Shown: piece by piece, positions 32,045 through 41,481 of the stretch
How the letters are laid out: every line of letters starts with the position of its first letter
How positions within the stretch are numbered: position 1 is the stretch's first letter
NCBI GenBank assembly: GCA_028717685.1
Contig: JAQUNI010000001.1
Location: 271,451 to 335,450, forward strand
From: Patescibacteria group bacterium
GTDB lineage: Bacteria > Patescibacteriota > JAQUNI01
DNA: 64,000 nucleotides
Direction: 5' to 3'
Position numbers and translations under genes: made by a program
Notes under the pieces: generated by a model
What the model saw: only the letters and a program-made list of their open reading frames with translations
What the model was told of the DNA's origin: nothing
Database searches by the model: none

Positions 32045-32677
32045 CTAAAAATCACGCCAATTATATAAATGCGCTTCTACTTTGACTATTTTGTTTTTCC
32101 AACCCACTTCGCTCACAATCACAACCGCATTGCCGCTTGTATATTTACGGATTGCACGGCTGTATTGTGTTGCTGTTCCTGCCGCGTGAGTATAAAACCC
32201 GTTTGCGTCTAGATAAAGCTGTTTGTTCGCCGAGGGAGAACATCCCCCTCCTCTGCACCCCAAATAACCAGTGTAATCCACTACGTAATAATCATTGGCG
32301 CTGTTGTTGCGGTTATTTTTCATAGGATTACTGCCGCTAAAAAGATTATCGCCTGCGAGCCAATAGGAATCGCGGGAAGCGCGCACTAATTCTATGCCCT
32401 CTTCGGCTAAATAGTAGGCAGTGGTTTTTTCCTTCATCTGACGCATCGCCGTAGTGGAATATATGACCAAAGAAAGACTGCCAATAAGTCCAACAACGAT
32501 GATAAAAATCGCGATCAGAGTCTCCAGAAGCGTCATCCCTTCTTCCCCATTCGCCACGGGCTTACGAGGCGCAACGCGGCAATATGCAGGGCGCTGGGCA
32601 GGCGGGAATATCCCGCTGCAGCATCTATAAATAAATGTTAACGGGATGAAAAAGAATCGTTTTAAATTAATTTTCAT
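32045..32677 (-). CDS. PilV-like minor pilin
   Basis: G|MTLLETLIAI and AYYLAEEGIELVR. Confidence 0.85.
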   Translation of the reverse strand: MKINLKRFFFIPLTFIYRCCSGIFPPAQRPAYCRVAPRKPVANGEEGMTLLETLIAIFIIVVGLIGSLSLVIYSTTAMRQMKEKTTAYYLAEEGIELVRASRDSYWLAGDNLFSGSNPMKNNRNNSANDYYVVDYTGYLGCRGGGCSPSANKQLYLDANGFYTHAAGTATQYSRAIRKYTSGNAVVIVSEVGWKNKIVKVEAHLYNWRDF

Positions 32678-32771
32678 AAAATTAATTCTTCAGCAAGCCC
32701 CGTTAGAAATTTATTTCTAACGGGGCTAACGGGGTAAAGTTCAGGATAATATTCTGAATAAATCCGAAGCA

Positions 32772-33290
32772 TTAAAAACTGCTCTCTATTAACCCTGAAC
32801 TAGCGTCTACAAAAACTGTGCCTATATGTCCTATGCTATTTGTAAAAGTAATCGTTAAAGATTCATGTCCATTAATCCACATCGCGCCGTGGGGGGACTT
32901 GAAAATAATAGTGTCATTTATAGGATTCATCGTGATTTTAGAAGGCAGAGTAATAACCTCCAAAGCCTCGCCTGAATCGCTCTGACCGTTATCGTTTTTG
33001 TCCGCGAAAAAAGTATAAACATTGTTTGAGGTCAAATAAACTCCGCACCCGCCAGGGACGCTGCCGTTGATTATCTTGCCGCCAGCAACCATTGTCTGCG
33101 CCTGCCTTAAAACATTGGCCATATTTTGCACCGCAAAGCGCAGGTTGGTCTCCTCATTGCCTTTGCGCATATTAGCCACCAAGATCGCGGCAATCAACCC
33201 AATAACAAAACTCACTATGAGCATTTCTACTATAGTGAAGCCCCTTTGAAAAAAAACGCTTTTTTTGCGACGCAGTATGTATGGAATAAT
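32772..33290 (-). CDS. FimU/GspH-like minor pilin (start codon uncertain)
   Basis: Frame extends upstream of the listed Met: IIPYILRRKKSVFFQRG|FTIVEMLIV; in-frame stop at 33300-33302. Confidence 0.8.
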   Translation of the reverse strand: MIPYILRRKKSVFFQRGFTIVEMLIVSFVIGLIAAILVANMRKGNEETNLRFAVQNMANVLRQAQTMVAGGKIINGSVPGGCGVYLTSNNVYTFFADKNDNGQSDSGEALEVITLPSKITMNPINDTIIFKSPHGAMWINGHESLTITFTNSIGHIGTVFVDASSGLIESSF

Positions 33291-33506
33291 TTTTAATTTC
33301 TAATTTTTCTGGCTTCGCTAGATCTCGCACAGCGAGACAATTTTTATTAAATTTATAATTAACTATTTTTTAAACTTGTATCAATCAGGGGGTGAAAAAG
33401 TTTGAAAATTAACTTATTGAAAATTTAATAAAAATTAGAAATTGAAAATTGTTCCAACCTTCTTGTCAACGGTTGGGTTCTTACTTTTGTGAAATGGTTT
33501 CATTCT

Positions 33507-33896
33507 TTACCCCGGGCCAGTCTCGCCACCGCTTTTGTATCCCTCATACGGAATAAAAGGGTTATCCCGCCCTACTGGCCCCACCTCTATAGGCACCTCG
33601 CCAAATATAACCAACTGGGAAAAACGCGGATCAGTAAGTAAATCGGTTTTGAGCTTAGAAGAGGGAATATTTTGCGAGGGAGTGGCAATACTGGGGGCAG
33701 CCACAATCGCCCCAGGCACTACCGGAGTAATATCAGGCACTGCTCCAAGTTCTGCTGGCACAGGCTCTGAAGATTTCTTGCCAAAAAAACTAGTATATAA
33801 TAGATAACCAGCTACTAAAATCGCTACCAGAAAAATACCTATAAGTATTGTTTGCTTGCGTTTAGCTTTGTCCATAATAGTAAATTTATTACTCAA
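33507..33896 (-). CDS. Pilus-locus membrane protein (PilP-position)
   Basis: TM, Pro-rich linker, GRDNPF motif; follows pilO. Confidence 0.7.
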   Translation of the reverse strand: MSNKFTIMDKAKRKQTILIGIFLVAILVAGYLLYTSFFGKKSSEPVPAELGAVPDITPVVPGAIVAAPSIATPSQNIPSSKLKTDLLTDPRFSQLVIFGEVPIEVGPVGRDNPFIPYEGYKSGGETGPG

Positions 33897-33968
33897 TTGT
33901 TCGATTGCTCAATTGTTGGAATTTAACCTTCATCTTCAACTTCAACAATAGAACAATCAAACAATAAT

Positions 33969-34688
33969 TTATTTTAAGTAGTACGTCCTTAACTCTATTT
34001 TAAAAGTTAAAACCCTGTCTTCAAATTTCACTCCACCCACCTCGCCTTCACCGCTCTTACTGGATTGAGAATCGCCTCCTTTGGTGTCAAAATCCACGGA
34101 AACTACATCTAAAAACCGTAAGTTTTTTTGCACATCTTCTAAATATCGCATAAAAACATCATACCGTCCGGTTAAAGAGAGAGAGACTTTTAAAGTCGCA
34201 TAACCTTCGCTTGGAGCTGGAGAGACTAGAGGAACCATCGCGGGAAGATTAGAGGCAGTATTATTATCTTGGGTTTTATTTTGCCCTAAATCCGCCGCGT
34301 CTGTCGCTGGAGGCTCTATAGGATTCTCACTCCCCTTCTTAATTTCTTCGCTATAACTCACTTCTTCCATGAGGATTCCATTTTTTATGGCGAGAGCTTC
34401 CAGTTGAACCAAAAGATTGGGTATATCCTTTTCCGAAGGCAAGGCTAAACTCAAAGTGCGCACCTGCTCTTTGACGCCCTCATAATCTTTGACTAACTTT
34501 TTTGTGTCTTCTAGAGCCTTCTTGCTGTTCGCGAGACTTGTTTCTTCTCCTTTGATCTGCGTCCCTATATTCCTCCAAGCATCATACTGCGGCTTTAAGA
34601 AATAAAAACCCGCCCCTATCGCCACCAAAATGACTACTATAATGATCAGATTTGAATTTTTGTAAATCGTCTTAATGTTAAATTGCAT
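33969..34688 (-). CDS. pilO: Type IV pilus assembly protein PilO
   Basis: TM + coiled coil; ALPSEKDIPNLL; GRYDVFMRYL...LR. Confidence 0.85.
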   Translation of the reverse strand: MQFNIKTIYKNSNLIIIVVILVAIGAGFYFLKPQYDAWRNIGTQIKGEETSLANSKKALEDTKKLVKDYEGVKEQVRTLSLALPSEKDIPNLLVQLEALAIKNGILMEEVSYSEEIKKGSENPIEPPATDAADLGQNKTQDNNTASNLPAMVPLVSPAPSEGYATLKVSLSLTGRYDVFMRYLEDVQKNLRFLDVVSVDFDTKGGDSQSSKSGEGEVGGVKFEDRVLTFKIELRTYYLK

Positions 34689-34927
34689 AATGTCAGAACT
34701 TTTTAATTTTTAATGCTTCGGCTTTGCTCAGCGCCTCTTCAAGCTCTTCGAGTCTGAAGACTCATCCCGTTCAGGATCTGAGACCCTTCAGGGTCGAACG
34801 ACAGAGTCTGAACGGCCTGAACTTTGCTGGAGGGTTAATTTTTTAGCCCAAGGCGCCCTAGAAGCGCGGAAATTTTGAATTTATCCCGCAACTTCGTGAG
34901 AGAATACCATGTAGGGAGGCGCGGGAT

Positions 34928-35482
34928 TTATTTTTGCCACGCCTCTTCCTTAAAGGTTAAATCAGCCTGGAAAGAAATCACGGCTTGATCTTCAGTAACA
35001 TCCAAGCTCGCAGATGCGACCTCCACTTTTTCTATAGATTGTTGCTGCTCCCAGGCTTTAAGTTGGCGGGCTAAAGATTGATAATTTCGCGTATAAGCGG
35101 GGAGGCTAACCTTACGGCTATCAATATCACCTTTGAAACTCGTATAAAAAACATCGGGAATAGTAACATCACCCAAGGTCTGAAAAAACGCGACCCAATA
35201 CATCCGACGGTTCAAAAGCCGATCCAAACTATCCAACTGTTTCTGGGCGATAAGCGCTTGAGCAAGCTGTGCTTTCGAATCTTGGATTTCTTTATTCACC
35301 CCTTCAGCCTGGCTCTTTAGACCACTTAGTTTGGCATCCTCTCTCTTCTGCAAGAAAGAAAAACCAAAATATACCCCTCCTCCTAAAAGTATAATCAAGG
35401 CCAATACAAAAATACTGATGTTGCGCAACTTCTTCTTGCGTTTTTCCCCTTCATCTTCAGGGATTAAATCAATTTTGAGCAT
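34928..35482 (-). CDS. pilN: Type IV pilus assembly protein PilN
   Basis: KIDLIP N-terminal motif, TM, coiled coil. Confidence 0.8.
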   Translation of the reverse strand: MLKIDLIPEDEGEKRKKKLRNISIFVLALIILLGGGVYFGFSFLQKREDAKLSGLKSQAEGVNKEIQDSKAQLAQALIAQKQLDSLDRLLNRRMYWVAFFQTLGDVTIPDVFYTSFKGDIDSRKVSLPAYTRNYQSLARQLKAWEQQQSIEKVEVASASLDVTEDQAVISFQADLTFKEEAWQK

Positions 35483-35696
35483 AAAATTTTAATATTTTAT
35501 TTTGATTTCGTTGAGAACTAATTATCTAACTGATGTGATATAATTATCCTCCTTAATTTGATAATTTTAAATTTTAATTCAATTTTAAAATCCTAATTTT
35601 AAATTTTAAAACCAAGGGAAAGAAGAAAGGGTTTTAAAATTAAAAAATTTAAAATTTGGATTTGATTTAAAATTTAGAATTTAAAATTCAAATTAT

Positions 35697-36329
35697 TTAC
35701 TCTACTTTCTTCCCGCATCTCAAGCACTTCAAAAATCCCGTAACCCATTTCCCTTCCCTGCCCGTGTCCTGCACCACATCTAAAACTAAAGAGCCGCCGC
35801 AACTTCCGCAAGAAAATTTGGGATCCACCCCTAAAGCTTTTGCCAACCGCACTGCATCGCCACGGTATTGATCTAACCTTAAATTAAAATGCCCTCCTAA
35901 TTTCTCACCCCCTGAAGATACTACAGACTTCGGTCTTCCTAGATGCCCTCTCACTTTTTCCACGACATCATCAGGCGAAAAGGTCGCTTGAATCAAAAAA
36001 TCATCCGCCCCCAAAGATAAGGCTTTGTCAATATCCTCCTGACGACCTAAATGTGAAAAAACCAAAACCGGAGTATCCTTCATCTGGGCGTCTTTTTTTA
36101 AAGTATTGATTACTTCAAAACCATCTACGCGCGGCATCATAATCCCCGTAATCACTAGATCCGGCTTTTTCTCAAAAGCGACGTTTAAACCATCTAATCC
36201 ATCTTTTGCTTCAAAAACATCAAAGCCTTCCTGCTTAAACTTTTTAGCATAAATTCCCCTTAAATCTACCGCGTCATCAATAAGTAAAACACTAGATCTT
36301 TTGCTTTGATTTTGATCTTTTTGATTCAT
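35697..36329 (-). CDS. Response regulator receiver with C-terminal zinc ribbon
   Basis: VLLIDD...KPDLVITGIMMPRVDG; CGSC and CLRC. Confidence 0.85.
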   Translation of the reverse strand: MNQKDQNQSKRSSVLLIDDAVDLRGIYAKKFKQEGFDVFEAKDGLDGLNVAFEKKPDLVITGIMMPRVDGFEVINTLKKDAQMKDTPVLVFSHLGRQEDIDKALSLGADDFLIQATFSPDDVVEKVRGHLGRPKSVVSSGGEKLGGHFNLRLDQYRGDAVRLAKALGVDPKFSCGSCGGSLVLDVVQDTGREGKWVTGFLKCLRCGKKVE

Positions 36330-36344
36330 AAAATAAGATTTAAA

Positions 36345-37112
36345 TTAAGTAATTAAATTCAAATACCATTTCAAAATTCTCTCCCCCTCCAGCATAGTAA
36401 TGATAGCCGCGATGGTTAGAAAAGTGCCAAAAGGCACCGCGCTCTTTAAAGTCTTCTTCTGGAGAGCTATCAATAACAAACCAACTATACTGCCCAAGAC
36501 AAAGGCAATAAACAATGCGACTAAAACTTGAGACCAGCCCAAAATGAAGCCTAAAAGAAATCCGAGTTTAACATCCCCTCCCCCCATCCACTTGCCTTTG
36601 GACACTAAAACAATTATAGCAAAAAATCCTCCTGATATCAAACTGCCTAAAAGCGCTGCCGGAAAACTAGGCTTCCCTAAGAAGATAGTTGCCAGAATTG
36701 CCAATGTCGCGCCCAACAAGATTATTTTATCAAGAATTAAATAATACTTCAAATCATACACAAAGATCACAACGAAAATACTAACAAAAAATAAATTAAA
36801 AAACAGCAAAGGATTTATACTTCCGACTTTTATATAGAAAAGAGCAAATAAAACGCCGCAAGTCAGCTCAACCAAAGGATACTGCCAGCTTACTCTTTTA
36901 TGACAGTAACGGCACTTGCCGCCTAGGATAATAAAACTTGCTACCGGAATCAAATCATACCAAGCTAAGCGGTGTTTACAGAAAGGGCAAAAGGAGGAGG
37001 GGTGAATAAGAGACTTTTTGATTTTGGAGCGATAAATGACGACATTAAGAAAACTGCCGACAGAGAGACCGAATAAAAATATAATTAATAAATTTAATGT
37101 AGGTATTAGCAA
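36345..37112 (-). CDS. pilD: Prepilin peptidase
   Basis: GSFLNVVIYR, CPFC/CRYC, YDLK, MGGGDVKL, PFGTFL. Confidence 0.96.
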   Translation of the reverse strand: MLIPTLNLLIIFLFGLSVGSFLNVVIYRSKIKKSLIHPSSFCPFCKHRLAWYDLIPVASFIILGGKCRYCHKRVSWQYPLVELTCGVLFALFYIKVGSINPLLFFNLFFVSIFVVIFVYDLKYYLILDKIILLGATLAILATIFLGKPSFPAALLGSLISGGFFAIIVLVSKGKWMGGGDVKLGFLLGFILGWSQVLVALFIAFVLGSIVGLLLIALQKKTLKSAVPFGTFLTIAAIITMLEGERILKWYLNLIT

Positions 37113-37403
37113 AATTTTTAATTTCTAATTTTCAATTTTCATTAAATTTCTATTTTTGAAATTTCTAAACTGAAAAAGTTAATCTCTCAACGTTTAAAAA
37201 TTAATTCATTAAAAATTTAATAGAAATTAAAAATTTAAAATTAGAAATTATTACACAATAAAGCAAATATATTAACGTTTTACTAAAGGCGTGTCTTCTA
37301 AAAGAAACTTAAAATCCACGCCCTTAGTGAGGTAGTGAAATCCTAGCCAGGATCCTGTTCTGCGCACATCCAGGATTTGCAATCTACCCCACTATAACCT
37401 AAT

Positions 37404-37802
37404 TTAAGGCTTGCACCAACCGCCGACAGGATTACTATTCTCCAAAGTCGTGCAAATCGTGTAAGAACTAGGCGGGGTGCCAGTAGGAGTGTAAGTATAT
37501 CCCGCTCCTTCCGCTGCGCAGGCATTTTGAGGATCGCAAGGCACTTTCGCGGTGGGGAAATATTTATCAAGCCCCGCATCTGTCAACGCTGCCGGGTATT
37601 GAGGGGTAGTCTGATCATCATAATACATCTCTAAAGCAAGACTGATATTAGTAACATCGCTCTTCCTTTGGGCATCGCGGGCTTTGCTACGCGCCGAGTT
37701 TAAAGAAACCATTACAACTGCCGCCAAAATACCGATAATCGCGATCACAACCAGCAACTCAATCAGGGTAAACCCTCCTTTTTTACGAAAAATTTTACGC
37801 AT
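37404..37802 (-). CDS. Type IV pilin (major-type)
   Basis: AGGAGGTG SD; G|FTLIELLVVIAIIGILA...ARSKARDAQRKSD. Confidence 0.93.
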   Translation of the reverse strand: MRKIFRKKGGFTLIELLVVIAIIGILAAVVMVSLNSARSKARDAQRKSDVTNISLALEMYYDDQTTPQYPAALTDAGLDKYFPTAKVPCDPQNACAAEGAGYTYTPTGTPPSSYTICTTLENSNPVGGWCKP

Positions 37803-38014
37803 TGAAGTCACCTCCTTTCTTTGATATTGATTTTTAAATAAATCGATGATTTATTTTTGTTTAAATTTACCTTCGCACCAGAAAGCCACGAGCTTAAAGC
37901 CCTGTAAACACGAAGACTGATTTTTTCCCAACACCTTTTTTTGTTCCTTAATCCGCTCTTTTGAAGAAGGATAATCTATCTCTCGCCGGTCCCTTCAAGA
38001 CAAATTGCGGTACC

Positions 38015-38443
38015 CTACGGTTTGCCAAAATAGTCTGTATCATTATCCAACTGAGCGGACAGGCAATAATTACTGCAGGGTTGAGCGGCGCAGGCAGTGC
38101 CGCAGGCACCACAGGAACCATTAGCGGCTTTAGGCACAACGGCATTACAACCTACATAAGTGTATGTATGACCACCGGGGTCGGTGGGAATTTTCGGCAT
38201 ATAAGTTGTCAAAACAGCTAAACCTTGCGCTGTGGTTGGATAGCTAGGGGTCGTTTGGGCATCATAATACATTTCTAATGCCAAACTAAAATTGGTAATA
38301 TCACTTTTTCTCTGGGCATCGCGGGCTTTAGCGCGCGCTGAATTGAGGGAAACCATCACAATCGCAGCTAGAAGTCCGATAATCGCGATCACAACCAGCA
38401 ATTCTATTAGGGTAAACCCTCTAGACCTGAAAATTTTGCGCAT
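38015..38443 (-). CDS. Type IV pilin (major-type, Cys-rich tip)
   Basis: GGAGGTG SD; G|FTLIELLVVIAIIGLLA. Confidence 0.93.
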   Translation of the reverse strand: MRKIFRSRGFTLIELLVVIAIIGLLAAIVMVSLNSARAKARDAQRKSDITNFSLALEMYYDAQTTPSYPTTAQGLAVLTTYMPKIPTDPGGHTYTYVGCNAVVPKAANGSCGACGTACAAQPCSNYCLSAQLDNDTDYFGKP

Positions 38444-38498
38444 TTATTTTATCCACCTCCCTTCTGATGAAATTTTAAATTCAGAATTAAAAATTAAT

Positions 38499-38978
38499 TT
38501 ACGGACCTGTGGTGTGCTGACCTTCGCTGCCAGCAGTAGAATTGGTCTCTAAAGTATACCGAAATTGATACTTCTTTGTGGTTGACGCGTAACAATATTC
38601 ATAAACCTGCGCCGGATACAAAGGATCATGCGGCGCGTCTCCGACTGAAAAAAGTTTTTGACCAATAAGAGCGGCAGATAAGGCATCGCTCGCGCCATTC
38701 ATAGTAATCCACGTATTATTATCGCAATCACCTGCCACGACATAAGTACCAATATTATTATTATAAAACTCTAATCCGGTTTTAATATTCTTCACATCAG
38801 CAATCCTTCGCGCGTCCCGCGACTTCGCCTTTGTATTAGTCAAGCTTACCACCACTATCGCCGCCAACAAGCCAATAATGGCGATTACAACGAGCAACTC
38901 AACTAAGGTAAAACCCCACGCCAAAGATTTTGGTATGGGAGTAATTCCATTCTTGTTTTGTAATTTCTTATTTTGCAT
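38499..38978 (-). CDS. Type IV pilin
   Basis: G|FTLVELLVVIAIIGLLA...KSRDARRIAD. Confidence 0.92.
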   Translation of the reverse strand: MQNKKLQNKNGITPIPKSLAWGFTLVELLVVIAIIGLLAAIVVVSLTNTKAKSRDARRIADVKNIKTGLEFYNNNIGTYVVAGDCDNNTWITMNGASDALSAALIGQKLFSVGDAPHDPLYPAQVYEYCYASTTKKYQFRYTLETNSTAGSEGQHTTGP

Positions 38979-39086
38979 TTTTATTTTACCTACTCGCCTT
39001 GCAGAGCGAGGCGGGCGGGCGTTTTGTGTTATACGCTTTCCGCTTTCAGCAGGACGAAATTAGCTTTCAGCGTGACAAAGTCCGTT

Positions 39087-40295
39087 TTATATCGCATTGG
39101 CCATACCATAAATCGGCATTAGAATCGCCGAGACCATCACCGCTACTCCGAGACCCAAGATGACCATAATCGCTGGCTCAATAAGTGAAACAAGACCCTT
39201 CACCGCCTCATTCACTTCCCGATCATAAAATTCTGAAAGCTTCTTTAAAACATCTACTAACCTTCCGGTGCGTTCCCCGACCCGCGCCATTTGGGAAACA
39301 ATGGGTGGGAAAACCGGTTCGCGTTTAAAGATGCGCGCCAAAGACTCCCCGCTCTCAATCCCCTGCCGCACGCGCAAACAAGCGTCAGAGTAAATCCAAT
39401 TATCCATCACTCCACTCACAATCTTCAAAGCCTCGCCAATGGGCACACCCCCCGCGAGAAGCGTGGACAAATTGCGGGTAAACCTCACTAAATAAATACG
39501 GCTAAAGAGCATGCTCACCACGGGAATTTTGATCTTTAAAAAGTCGACGATACGCTGACCGGAGGGATAGTGCAAGAAAATACGGCCGCCCACAACAAGC
39601 CCCAACAATCCCATTAAAAAAGCCCACCAGTAACCCTTCAACGCTTTACTTGTCCCAACCAAAATCCTCGTCGTGAACGGCAGTCCCTGTCCCCCTTCTT
39701 CTAACACGCTCGTTAGTTGAGGAATAACAAAAATCATCATTAAAATCCCCACTGCCACCATACCGACGACAATAAAGGCAGGATAAATCATCGCCCCTTT
39801 TATCTTGCTCATTAAATCATAATCTTTCTCAGTTTGATCAGCAAGATAAAGCAGTGTTTGGTCTAAATTGCCGCTCGTTTCTCCAGCACGAATCATTCCG
39901 ATGTAAAACTCAGAAAAAATACGCGGATATTGAGCAAGGGCCGCAGAAAGAGAAGACCCCCCTTCCACCTCTTGGATAATATGATCAATCATATCCTTCA
40001 ACTTAACCTTCTTAGTCTGGCCGCTTAAGATCTTTAAGGATTGAAGCACAGGCAAAGTCGCTTCAATCATAGTGGCGAACTGCCGGAAAAACATTAGTTT
40101 ATCCTTGGCAGTGATGCGGTTTAGAAAATTAAGGGAAATACCCAAGAGAGGAGGCTTCTCCCGAGCCTCTAAAGAAATAACGGTCAAACCTTGTTCATGC
40201 AAGGTGTTTTCAGCAAGGGTTTTGTTGGAGGCTTCCACAATCCCTTCTTGAATCTCTCCTTTGCTGTTACTCGCTTTGTAAGAAAATGTAGGCAC
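39087..40295 (-). CDS. pilC: Type IV pilus platform protein (T2SS F family)
   Basis: AGETSGNL, AMIYP, GERTGRL, LIEP. Confidence 0.95.
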   Translation of the reverse strand: MPTFSYKASNSKGEIQEGIVEASNKTLAENTLHEQGLTVISLEAREKPPLLGISLNFLNRITAKDKLMFFRQFATMIEATLPVLQSLKILSGQTKKVKLKDMIDHIIQEVEGGSSLSAALAQYPRIFSEFYIGMIRAGETSGNLDQTLLYLADQTEKDYDLMSKIKGAMIYPAFIVVGMVAVGILMMIFVIPQLTSVLEEGGQGLPFTTRILVGTSKALKGYWWAFLMGLLGLVVGGRIFLHYPSGQRIVDFLKIKIPVVSMLFSRIYLVRFTRNLSTLLAGGVPIGEALKIVSGVMDNWIYSDACLRVRQGIESGESLARIFKREPVFPPIVSQMARVGERTGRLVDVLKKLSEFYDREVNEAVKGLVSLIEPAIMVILGLGVAVMVSAILMPIYGMANAI

Positions 40296-40333
40296 GGAAA
40301 TAAAGTTAAAAGTGAAAAGTGGAGAATGAAATC

Positions 40334-41410
40334 TTATTTGAGCAGGGAACGAAAGTTTCTGGGATCTTGAGAATACATTAAAGCATGAGTTATATCAACC
40401 ACTCCCTCCTTAACCAAACGGGCAAGGGATTTATCCAAAGGAACCATCCCTTCCTCGGCTCCGGTCTGTAAAACACTTTCAATCTGGTGAGTTTTTTGTT
40501 CGCGAATAAGATTGCGGACCGCCGCGTTAACCATCATAATTTCACAAGCCACGGCCAAACCCCCGCCGATGCGGGGCAATAGTCTTTGAGAGACAATTCC
40601 GCCTAGGACATTAGCCAATTGAAAACGCACTTGATTTTGTTGATGCGAAGGGAAAACATCAATAACCCGATCAATCGTCTGGGGAGCATTATTGGTATGG
40701 ACCGTGGAAAAAACTAAATGTCCTGTCTCGGCTACGGTCACCGCTGTCGCAATCGTATCCAAGTCCCGCATTTCTCCCACCATCACCACATTCGGATCTT
40801 CTCGGAGCGCCGCGCGCAACGCTTCGGGAAAAGAATTGGTATCCTGGTATAACTCTCTTTGGTCAATGAGACACTTGTCTTGGGTAAAGAGATATTCGAT
40901 AGGATCTTCAACAGTGATAATATGTTCGGCGCGCTTATGATTAATTAAATCCAAAAGGGCAGCTAGGCTGGTTGATTTACCATGCCCGGAAGGACCGACG
41001 AGAAGAATGAGACCCTGGATTAAATCTGTCAACCCCTCTAAAATCGGAGGGAGACCCAATTCGCCAATCGTTCTAATCTTCATAGGAATAAGGCGAAAGG
41101 CAGCACTCAAAAAACCGCGTTGATAAAAAACATTAATCCGGAAACGCGCTTTCTCTTGAAATTCATAGGACAAATCTACCGATTTTTCATTCATTAAACG
41201 TTCTTTTTGTTTTTCATTCAGTAAACCTAAACAAATTTTTTCCGTATCACTCGGATCAAGCATCTTTTCTTCTTTCATGGTGATTAATTCACCATCAATC
41301 CTTAAGGTAGGATAGCGACCCACCGAAAGATGAAGATCCGAAGCATTCCTCTGGGCAGCGGCAAGAAGAAATCGCTTAATTGTTAATTGTACATTATCAT
41401 AAAAAGCCAT
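40334..41410 (-). CDS. pilT: Pilus retraction ATPase
   Basis: SDLHL, GPSGHGKSTS, ALREDPNV, ETGHLV, AVRNLIRE. Confidence 0.96.
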   Translation of the reverse strand: MAFYDNVQLTIKRFLLAAAQRNASDLHLSVGRYPTLRIDGELITMKEEKMLDPSDTEKICLGLLNEKQKERLMNEKSVDLSYEFQEKARFRINVFYQRGFLSAAFRLIPMKIRTIGELGLPPILEGLTDLIQGLILLVGPSGHGKSTSLAALLDLINHKRAEHIITVEDPIEYLFTQDKCLIDQRELYQDTNSFPEALRAALREDPNVVMVGEMRDLDTIATAVTVAETGHLVFSTVHTNNAPQTIDRVIDVFPSHQQNQVRFQLANVLGGIVSQRLLPRIGGGLAVACEIMMVNAAVRNLIREQKTHQIESVLQTGAEEGMVPLDKSLARLVKEGVVDITHALMYSQDPRNFRSLLK

Positions 41411-41481
41411 AAATTAAAAGTTAAATCTTAAGTTCATTTTATCCCTAGCCTTAACTTTTGCGATCTGACCTCTAACTTTTT

